From positions 570,001 to 602,000 of the forward strand of contig OW818675.1 in assembly GCA_942493095.1 (NCBI GenBank): 32,000 bases of DNA. Reading direction: 5' to 3'. The notes under the pieces are model-generated. The model ran no database searches. It was not told where the DNA came from and saw nothing but the letters and a program-made list of their open reading frames with translations. The DNA comes from Candidatus Electronema halotolerans (lineage in GTDB: Bacteria > Desulfobacterota > Desulfobulbia > Desulfobulbales > Desulfobulbaceae). The number at the start of each line of letters is the position of its first letter. Within the stretch, counting starts at the first letter, position 1. This document shows positions 11,788 through 19,106 of the stretch, piece by piece. A program made the translations under genes and the position numbers.

Positions 11788-12661
11788 TGAACAAATCTCC
11801 GTTGTACATATTTGCTATATGTTTGCCGTTTCTATTTTTTCGAGTGCAGGACTTTTCCGGCGGCAGCAGTTCCTCTCCATTAAAACGTTGCATACAAAAA
11901 ACACGTCGCAAGCCAATTTTCAAATATTCTTCTTGTAATTCTACACTGATTGTTCTACGTTGCAGTTTTTTTGCAACAGCCGCTGTTGTAAATGTGCCTG
12001 CAAAAAGGTCTAAAACAACATCACCTTCACGGCTGCTGGCACGAATAATACGCTCCAATAAAGATTCAGGCTTTTGTGAAGGATGATTTTCATATTCATC
12101 CATCCGGTAACGCACCCTTGGAAAATACCAAACATTGCCGGGGATTTTTTCCGTGCTGTATGGTGCAGGTGTTGCCTTCCTGTAATCAATCAATTTTCGT
12201 TGCGCCCCAGTTTTCGCTTCAACTTTAATTTCATCAGCATTGAAGACATACTGCTGCGAATCTTTGACACAATGCAGTATTGGTTCATACATTGAGCCAT
12301 AGTATCTTTTAGCCTGCACGCCAGAGCTGTCATAGTGCCAGATGATTCGGCTGAGAACAGTCAGCTTTTTTTTCAAAAATATATCAAAGTACGGCATGGC
12401 TTGCGTGCTTGTCATAACATACAGAGTTCCTGTTGGTTTAAGCACTCTTATACATTCATCAAGCCATTGGTATGCCCACTCCGCATAAGCCTCATCAGAA
12501 GGCCATTTGTCATAAAAGCCAGCAAATTTTTTTCCAATATTGTAAGGAGGATCAAGGAAGATTAAATCAACAGACTCTGCTGGCAGCTCAGTTCGCAAGG
12601 TTTCAAGCGCATCACCCAAGTATATGCAGTGTCCATCCTGTTCAAATTTAGATGTCATCAA
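11756..12661 (-). CDS. Site-specific adenine DNA methyltransferase, YhdJ-like
   Basis: DLIFLDPPYNIGKKFAGF, SRIIWHYDSSGVQAKRYYGSMYEPILHCVKD, KIPGNVWYFPRVRYRMDEYENHPSQKPESLLERIIRASS, DLFAGTFTTAAVA; close to E. coli YhdJ as recalled. Confidence 0.93.
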   Translation of the reverse strand: MMTSKFEQDGHCIYLGDALETLRTELPAESVDLIFLDPPYNIGKKFAGFYDKWPSDEAYAEWAYQWLDECIRVLKPTGTLYVMTSTQAMPYFDIFLKKKLTVLSRIIWHYDSSGVQAKRYYGSMYEPILHCVKDSQQYVFNADEIKVEAKTGAQRKLIDYRKATPAPYSTEKIPGNVWYFPRVRYRMDEYENHPSQKPESLLERIIRASSREGDVVLDLFAGTFTTAAVAKKLQRRTISVELQEEYLKIGLRRVFCMQRFNGEELLPPEKSCTRKNRNGKHIANMYNGDLFNASIEARVYK

Positions 12662-12678
12662 GGGTTACTCTTTAGAAG

Positions 12679-12720
12679 GTGTGAACGAGTTCGCTGGTTC
12701 ACACGCTCCAGCGTGTAAAC
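12679..12720 (-). promoter_or_regulatory. Overlapping, mutually exclusive hairpins / dyads just upstream of the methyltransferase start codon
   Basis: Plus strand GTGTGAAC-gagttcgctg-GTTCACACGC-tcca-GCGTGTAAAC: 8-bp dyad (12679-12686/12697-12704) and 10-bp stem (12697-12706/12711-12720, one G-U in the minus-strand RNA) sharing an arm. Confidence 0.5.
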
Positions 12721-12737
12721 CAGACGAAACCATAGAA

Positions 12738-13607
12738 TTACTTGCATTTATAAAAGTTGCGAGCCTGATAAATGCAATGATCTATATGAGAATCTGAGAT
12801 GGATGCTCCTTCTGAATGTTCCAGCTTGACGCGATACCGAATATATACTTCCAAAGATAGAGAAAAAGGCATTTCACCTTCAGCAGCATTACAGCGATGC
12901 GCCTCAATAAGCTGGAGAATGCGCATTGGTGAAATATTTTCATTAAGACATCGCGCCCAAGACTCAACGATTGAAAATATCGTAGCTTCAGGAAGTCCCA
13001 TTATAACTACTATCGGCATTGAATCAATTACAGCAGGTGATACGTCAAACATCTCTGCAAAATTTGGATCATTAGCTAATCTTTTTTTAACCAATTCACG
13101 AATAAGGCTTTCTTTTGTTATTTTTTTCTTAAAAAGACCAAATAAAGAATTTGATAACCTCGAAAAAATACCATTTTTATTCGAGATTAAATCTTTTGTC
13201 ACATAAATATTTGCAGTTAAGTGCAATATTTTACGCATAACGGCCAGCGCGTTAGCTTCAAATACCTCTAACCTTGCATATTCATTTGATGAATCAAGAT
13301 TTACATGACCAGATTCATCAAATATGCAAAGAAACACATCATATCCTGCATCCTCTTCAAAATCATGACCGAGCTTATCGGCGGCAATTTCCATAAAAGC
13401 AGGGCTTAACATGCTTTGTTCTGCCGTAATATACATGATTGGCGAAGAATTATCTTTCTTCTGATATATTACTAACAGATAAAGATATTGTATTGGACCG
13501 AAACTTTCAGGGTCGCGCACTAAGACAGCCTGATATTCTCCACACTCATATGCTTTTAATGCTGTTCCTCCAGAGATTAACGGAGCGGTTTTTCCTGGTT
13601 CAAGCAT
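12738..13607 (-). CDS. Uncharacterised 289 aa protein
   Basis: Long ORF in AT-rich DNA, MLEPGKTAPLISGGTALKAYECGEYQAVLVRDPESFGPIQYLYLLVIYQKKD; no family recognised. Confidence 0.65.
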   Translation of the reverse strand: MLEPGKTAPLISGGTALKAYECGEYQAVLVRDPESFGPIQYLYLLVIYQKKDNSSPIMYITAEQSMLSPAFMEIAADKLGHDFEEDAGYDVFLCIFDESGHVNLDSSNEYARLEVFEANALAVMRKILHLTANIYVTKDLISNKNGIFSRLSNSLFGLFKKKITKESLIRELVKKRLANDPNFAEMFDVSPAVIDSMPIVVIMGLPEATIFSIVESWARCLNENISPMRILQLIEAHRCNAAEGEMPFSLSLEVYIRYRVKLEHSEGASISDSHIDHCIYQARNFYKCK

Positions 13608-13691
13608 AATTCATCTCAGATGCTTTTATGAAAAGCAGTTCTGCTATGTCTGGTTCCAATGTTTGAGATTTAAACCAAAAAGCAAAGATTA

Positions 13692-14256
13692 TTACTTTTT
13701 GTTAATTTGATAGTTTTTCATGGAGGCAGCTCTTGCTTTCATTAACCCATCGCTTATATTTTTTCCCTCTATTTTATCCCTGGAGAGGAAAAACATTTTT
13801 AACGGAGGAATGAAAGAATTTGCAGGGTCTTTATATAGATCACTGATAACATCACAAATCTTTGTTCTGGTGTCTCGAACGAATAGTTTTTCTCTGAGAT
13901 TAGCAAGCTCCGGTGGCTCTGGTGTCGTTAGCCACTTTTCCTGAGCAACAGTTTGCATAGTCAATACATATGCTTCTGCAATTCCATCAGTAACACCATC
14001 TATATATACTTCTTGAACAAATCTGTTCCAAGACAGCCATAGATGAGCATATAGCGGTTACGGGTTGAACAGTTATCAAATTTCATTGCTTTGTTAAAAG
14101 TTTTGTATATATAAATTCAGTATGTTAGACGCATGGTGAAATGACAGGATGATCGCCATGAGACATATAACTGCTATAATTATATGGAGCTGCTGTAGCT
14201 GTAGAACTTAACGATACAAATAGAAAAACAACTACAAAAATTTTTCTACAGTTCAT
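13692..14256 (-). pseudogene. Probably disrupted gene for a small secreted/periplasmic protein
   Basis: AGGAG plus ATG at 14256 encodes signal peptide MNCRKIFVVVFLFVSLSSTATAAPYNYSSYM, stopping at 14125; a coherent soluble part (RFVQEVYIDGVTDGIAEAYVLTMQTVAQEKW...KARAASMKNYQINKK*) is open from 14057 to 13692 without a convincing start. Confidence 0.45.
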
Positions 14257-14267
14257 TTTTTCTCCTT

Positions 14268-14723
14268 TTATTTACCATTTTCACGTAACGCACGAACCAA
14301 CTCAGGGCTTATTTCCCTATTTGGCTCATTTCTTAAAATCAACACATTTATAATACTCATATACATATAAGCTCTATTATTCTCAGGCATTTTTTCCACT
14401 AAACTAATAGCGAGTTGCGTATCTTGCAATTTAACAAGCTTTTGGATGCAGACATCAACTTGACCAATGTTTTTATTATGAATATAGAAAAAGGCAGCGG
14501 CAATAAACTCTGATAGTGTGCCAGCAACAGCAATAACAGCAGATTCAGTGATACTATTTGGAGAGTTGAAGAAAACAAGAAATGCTAAAAGAATCACAAG
14601 GAATCCGATAGCTGCGGCAAAGATACTCATCCAAAAACTTACCTTGTGCTGAAATCTGGCTGACTCATAGAACTGACTAAGATTAACTATAAAATTTTCA
14701 TTCGAGTTAGATTCTACAGACAT
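14268..14723 (-). CDS. Two-TM membrane protein resembling the cyanobacterial TRADD-N-associated membrane domain
   Basis: FYESARFQHKVSFWMSIFAAAIGFLVILLAFLVFF...AVIAVAGTLSEFIAAAFFYIHNKNIGQVDVCIQKLVKLQDTQLAISL: two TM helices plus a F(F/Y)...KLxxLQDTxLAI helix. Family assignment from memory. Confidence 0.55.
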   Translation of the reverse strand: MSVESNSNENFIVNLSQFYESARFQHKVSFWMSIFAAAIGFLVILLAFLVFFNSPNSITESAVIAVAGTLSEFIAAAFFYIHNKNIGQVDVCIQKLVKLQDTQLAISLVEKMPENNRAYMYMSIINVLILRNEPNREISPELVRALRENGK

Positions 14724-14792
14724 TTTTTTATTTAAAAAAGAATTTATCGCTAAAGGGCGAACCTACCAAGTCCGCCCCTTGCTGCAATCCCC

Positions 14793-15467
14793 TTACGGCA
14801 ACTGCCCCATAATCTCCTCGTAAACCTCCTTAATCGTCTTGGAGCCATCAACAGAAATAATCTTGGCTTTGCTGTTCTGCTTGAAGTAATTCACCGCCGC
14901 CATCGTGCCGGTCTTGTCATCATAGTAGATGTCATGCCGCTTGCCGATGGCCGCCTCGTCCTGATCATCAGCGCGGGCACTCAACTCGCCGCCGCAGACC
15001 CGGCAAACCAACTTGCCGTCCTTCTCCACCGGCTTAATCGCCTCAAAAGCAATGTGGTTCGGATGGTTGTTGTCATTGGCGCACAGCCGACGGCCCATGA
15101 TCCGCTCTTTGGCAATCTGCCGGTCCAGCACAATCTCAACCACGCAATCCAAGGCCATGCCAGATTCGGTCAACGCCTTATCCAACGCCTTGGCCTGCTC
15201 CAAAGAGCGCGGGAAGCCGTCTAAGAGCCAGCCTTTGTCCTTGGACTTTGCCAAGGTTTCCAGCACCATCGGCACGGTGATTTCATCCGGCACGAGGTCG
15301 CCCTTGTCAATATAGGCCTTGGCCTTTTTGCCCAGCTCGGTGCCGCCTTTGATGTGCTCGCGGAAGATCGCGCCAGACTCAATGTGATCCATGCCATACT
15401 TCTCTTTGACGATTGCGCCTTGGGTACCTTTGCCGCTGCCGTTTGGTCCAAAGGTGAGGATGTTCAT
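14793..15467 (-). CDS. adk: Adenylate kinase
   Basis: MNILTFGPNGSGKGTQGAIV, DGFPRSLEQAKALDKAL, lid domain GRRLCANDNNHPNH...CRVCGGELSARADDQDEAAIGKRH. Confidence 0.95.
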   Translation of the reverse strand: MNILTFGPNGSGKGTQGAIVKEKYGMDHIESGAIFREHIKGGTELGKKAKAYIDKGDLVPDEITVPMVLETLAKSKDKGWLLDGFPRSLEQAKALDKALTESGMALDCVVEIVLDRQIAKERIMGRRLCANDNNHPNHIAFEAIKPVEKDGKLVCRVCGGELSARADDQDEAAIGKRHDIYYDDKTGTMAAVNYFKQNSKAKIISVDGSKTIKEVYEEIMGQLP

Positions 15468-15682
15468 GACTGACCTCTCAGAAAAGTTGAAATAAAAGAA
15501 TATGCTGCCCCCAGAATGAAGCGGGGCGGAAATGGGCTTTTTCTGTTCGGGAAAAGACTATACCCCAGCCGGACTGCTTCTGCCAGCGGAAATGCGGCTC
15601 TATCCTTTGACAGGCAGGCGGAAAGCGGGTAAAAACAGGCAAAGTCTTTTCCTCTCCTTCAAGAAAGAACAACTGAACTTAT

Positions 15683-16993
15683 ATGAAGAAAACAGTGAAT
15701 GTTGGCCTGATTGGCTTTGGCACCGTGGGCAGCGGGCTGGCAGAAGTGCTGCTTTGCCAGCAGGAGCGCATTGCCCAGCGCAGTGGCCTGACCATCCGCC
15801 TGAGCAAGGTTGCGGACATCTCCATTTCTCATCTGCCAGAGCGTTTCGCCGCTGTCCAGCTCACCAAGAATGCGGATGAGCTGATCAATGACCCGGAGAT
15901 TGACATCATAGTGGAGCTGATCGGCGGCATTGAGCCGGCCAAGACCTTCATCCTCAAGGCTATTGCCGCAGGCAAGCACGTGGTCACGGCTAACAAGGCC
16001 CTGCTCTCGCAGGAAGGACAGGAGATATTCGCCGCTGCCGCTGCCAAGGGCGTGGAGGTCGGCTTTGAGGCCAGCGTGGGCGGCGGCATTCCGCTGATCA
16101 AGGCCCTCAAGGAAGGGCTGGTCGCCAACAGGATTCTCTCGGTTATGGGCATCCTCAACGGCACAGCCAACTACATCCTCACTCGGATGACCGACGAGTG
16201 CATGCCCTTTGCCGAGGTGCTCAAGGAGGCGCAGCAGCTTGGTTTTGCTGAGGCTGACCCGACGTATGATGTGGAAGGTGTTGACACGGCCCATAAGCTG
16301 GCCATTCTGATGCGCATCGCCTTTGGCATGAACATCACCCACAGCGACATTCCCACCGAGGGCATCAGCAACATTGAGCCAGTGGATATCAACTTTGCCC
16401 GCGAGTTCGGCTGCCGGATCAAACTGCTCGCAGTCAGCCACAGCCTGCCTAACGGCGAGCTGGAGGCGCGGGTTCATCCGACAATGGTGCCCAACTCCCA
16501 CCCGCTCGCCTCCATCAACGGGGCCTACAACGCGGTTCACTTCAGCGGCGACATGGTCGGCAATGTCCTGCTCTATGGGCTGGGCGCGGGCAAGCTGCCC
16601 ACTGGCTCGGCAGTGGCGGCGGACGTGGTCGATATCGCCCGCAACATTGCCGCCAATTCAGTCGGGCGGGTGCCTGCCCTGTCCTATCTGCCGGAGCACA
16701 TCTCTGAGCACCGCCTTGCTCCGCCGGAGGAGCTGCGCTGCCCTTCGTATCTGCGCATCACGGCCTTGGACAAGCCAGGGGTGCTGGCCAACATCGCTGC
16801 CATCCTCAGCAGGCACGGCATCAGCATTGAGTCAGTGCTGCAAAAGGGCCGGGAGGAGAACGAGCCTGTGGGTGTGGTCATTCTCACCCACACGGCCAGC
16901 GAGGCGGCGCAGGCGACGGCCTTGGCCGAAATTGATGCCTTGGACACGGTGACTGCGCCCATAGTGCGGATCAGAATGCTGGGGGAGGAGTGA
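15683..16993 (+). CDS. hom: Homoserine dehydrogenase (with C-terminal ACT domain)
   Basis: VGLIGFGTVGSGLAEVL, VVTANKALLS, GILNGTANYILTRM, EADPTYDVEGVDTAHKLAILMRIAFG, ACT-like ALDKPGVLANIAAILSRHGISIESVLQ. Confidence 0.97.
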   Translation: MKKTVNVGLIGFGTVGSGLAEVLLCQQERIAQRSGLTIRLSKVADISISHLPERFAAVQLTKNADELINDPEIDIIVELIGGIEPAKTFILKAIAAGKHVVTANKALLSQEGQEIFAAAAAKGVEVGFEASVGGGIPLIKALKEGLVANRILSVMGILNGTANYILTRMTDECMPFAEVLKEAQQLGFAEADPTYDVEGVDTAHKLAILMRIAFGMNITHSDIPTEGISNIEPVDINFAREFGCRIKLLAVSHSLPNGELEARVHPTMVPNSHPLASINGAYNAVHFSGDMVGNVLLYGLGAGKLPTGSAVAADVVDIARNIAANSVGRVPALSYLPEHISEHRLAPPEELRCPSYLRITALDKPGVLANIAAILSRHGISIESVLQKGREENEPVGVVILTHTASEAAQATALAEIDALDTVTAPIVRIRMLGEE

Positions 16994-17033
16994 TGCGAGG
17001 AGTGCCCTTCGGCGGCGCTCAGGGCGCGGCTCA

Positions 17034-18269
17034 TCAGCCGAAACGCCAGCGGTCCTTGTCCGAACCAGGATCAAAAACCGTGCATTTGTTCTTGCCCTCA
17101 TCCTTGCTCCGGTAGAGGGCGCGGTCAGCCATTTTCATGACCTCGGTCAGGTCATCGCCGTGATCCGGGAAGCAGGCAATGCCGCAGCTAACCGTGATTT
17201 CAACGTTATGCCCCTCGTAGAGCAGCGGCGTGGCCGCAATCCGGCTGCGCAGCCGCTCCGCCACTGTGAAAGCATCCTGACAGCCGGTTTCCGGGAGAAA
17301 GGCGATGAATTCATCCCCGCCAAAGCGGGCTATCATGTCCTCCTCGCGCAGCTCAGAGCGCATGGTCTCGGAGATGGAGACAATCAGCATGGTGCCGGCG
17401 TGGTGGCCAAGGTTGTCGTTGACCGCTTTCAGGCTGTCCGCGTCAATCATCAGGACCGAAAAGGTGCCTGACCGGGTCAGGGTGCGCTGATATTCCCGCT
17501 GCATGAAGATCAGCAGCATCTTCATGTTCCACAGCCCGGTGAGCTGATCCGTGCGCGAGAGCTGCCGGATTTTCTCCTTGATGATTTCGTTTTCCTCTGA
17601 AAAACGGGAGACAGTCCAAGCCAGCATCCAGAGCAGTATCAGGCGGATCAGGGGCACGACCAAGTATTCTGCATTCACCCGGAGGGCTTCCAGGGTGCCG
17701 GAAAAGGCCTTGCGGTCCGCAGCGGCGAGCAGCAGCCAGCAGACCGTGACTGCGCTGGTCTGCTGGAAGGTCGCCTTTGCGTCCAAAACCGCGCTGGTCA
17801 GCATGATGGCGACAAAGTAAAGAGGCAGAAAAGGGCTGGAGAGCAGACCGGTCTGCCAGACCGTCACTGTGGTCAGGGCCAGCACCGCCCATGTGTCCAG
17901 CTCCAGCAGCCAGCGGCTGCCCTGCGCCTTGGGGCGGATGAAATGCATCCCGGTGAAGACTGCGGCGCAGACAGCTAATGCGGCCAGCAGGACAGTCGGC
18001 TGCGCCACCTGCACACAGGGCAGCGCCGTGCAGAGCGCGACCAAAAGCAGCAGGCCCCATTGCAGGACAGACAATATTTTCTGGTGGACTGTCCGCTCCT
18101 CCCGGTCAATCTCGTTGTGCTCATCAATGGGAATCTGTCCAACCCGCTGCCCGCTCAGAAGCGAATAGATGGGGGAACTTTTCTCATGGGCGGTCATGCC
18201 GTCCGTAGTGAAAACATCTTTGCCAGACAAGGTGCCGCTGTCTCCGCTGCCGGGTTTTCTTTCCCTCAT
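17034..18269 (-). CDS. Membrane-anchored GGDEF diguanylate cyclase
   Basis: DQLTGLWNMKMLLIFMQREYQRTLTRSG, ARFGGDEFIAFLPETG, YRSKDEGKNKC; several N-terminal TM helices. Start uncertain (18269 or 18197). Confidence 0.92.
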   Translation of the reverse strand: MRERKPGSGDSGTLSGKDVFTTDGMTAHEKSSPIYSLLSGQRVGQIPIDEHNEIDREERTVHQKILSVLQWGLLLLVALCTALPCVQVAQPTVLLAALAVCAAVFTGMHFIRPKAQGSRWLLELDTWAVLALTTVTVWQTGLLSSPFLPLYFVAIMLTSAVLDAKATFQQTSAVTVCWLLLAAADRKAFSGTLEALRVNAEYLVVPLIRLILLWMLAWTVSRFSEENEIIKEKIRQLSRTDQLTGLWNMKMLLIFMQREYQRTLTRSGTFSVLMIDADSLKAVNDNLGHHAGTMLIVSISETMRSELREEDMIARFGGDEFIAFLPETGCQDAFTVAERLRSRIAATPLLYEGHNVEITVSCGIACFPDHGDDLTEVMKMADRALYRSKDEGKNKCTVFDPGSDKDRWRFG

Positions 18270-18591
18270 GCCGTGGTCTGTCCGCACCCTGCCGCCTGAG
18301 ATTGCCGATTGCGCGGCTGCAAGGCGCATGGTTGCCCAAGCCAGCTTGCGACCGCCTTATTTCCGGGGTTGGAAAATTTCAAAATATCATGTCTGTTTTC
18401 TAAAAACAAGCTGAATTATCAGTCCTGAGAACCGGCTCCGCCTCCCTGCCGCAGGGCCTGACCTGCCTGTTGAGCGTGAAAAAATCCCTTGTAAAGGCTG
18501 TTGACAATATTTATTATTTACAAAAAAAATGCCGGAAGGCGGCATCTTCCGTTCTTTCGGCAGCGGAAACAACAGCGAACTGGAAACCGGA

Positions 18592-18891
18592 ATGTTCTTT
18601 CATTGTCTGTTTGGCAAGGGAAGAGGCTGCGGCTGGAAAAAAATGCGCGCCTCTTCTCCTGGGATGCGGCCTCTGTCGGAATGCTGCGGCTGCCGCCGGG
18701 TCAGAGTCTGCAAAGTCAGCGGCGACCGGACGGTCTGCGGCAGAATGGCCAGCTTGGGCGTGCTGCCCGGCACGGTGCTGGAGCCGTTCTGCTCACGACA
18801 TGGCCGACGGCACTGCGTGGTCAAAGTCAACGGCGGCACCCTCAGCCTGGACGAACTGACTGCGGCCAGCATCCTTGTCGAACCGGCCTGA
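18592..18891 (+). CDS. feoA: FeoA-like iron transport protein, Cys-rich N-terminus
   Basis: PLSECCGCRRVRVCKVSGDRTVCGRMASLGVLPGTVLEPFCSRHGRRHCVVKVNGGTLSLDELTAASILVEPA matches the FeoA SH3-like pattern; upstream of feoB. ORF opens at 18529; start uncertain. Confidence 0.8.
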   Translation: MFFHCLFGKGRGCGWKKMRASSPGMRPLSECCGCRRVRVCKVSGDRTVCGRMASLGVLPGTVLEPFCSRHGRRHCVVKVNGGTLSLDELTAASILVEPA

Positions 18892-18893
18892 TC

Positions 18894-19061
18894 ATGCAGG
18901 AACTGCTCGTCGCCATCATCATTGCCGCAGTGCTGGTCTGGCTGGGCCTGCGGCTCTTCCGCGCTCTTCGCTCCGGCCAGTGCAAAGGTTGTCCGGGCTG
19001 CGGCACCAACTGCCCGCCTGCTGACCAGCCAGTTGACAACGACGAACAAGACTGCGGCTGA
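18894..19061 (+). CDS. FeoB-associated Cys-rich membrane protein
   Basis: 55 aa MQELLVAIIIAAVLVWLGLRLFRALRSGQCKGCPGCGTNC; one TM helix then CxxCxxCxxxC; between feoA and feoB. Confidence 0.8.
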   Translation: MQELLVAIIIAAVLVWLGLRLFRALRSGQCKGCPGCGTNCPPADQPVDNDEQDCG

Positions 19062-19106
19062 CCCTTCTCTTTTTCTGAGCCGCTCCTTCAACCGCAGAAT
19101 CAGCCT

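Noticed and set aside
14919-15120. Adenylate kinase lid with an unusual cysteine pattern (CANDNNHPNH...CRVC)
   Set aside because: Departs from the classic four-Cys zinc lid, but lid composition varies among bacterial adenylate kinases; not strong enough as a separate finding without an alignment.
15659-16540. 293 aa minus-strand ORF antisense to hom
   Set aside because: Shadow of the high-GC homoserine dehydrogenase gene, which has complete motifs.
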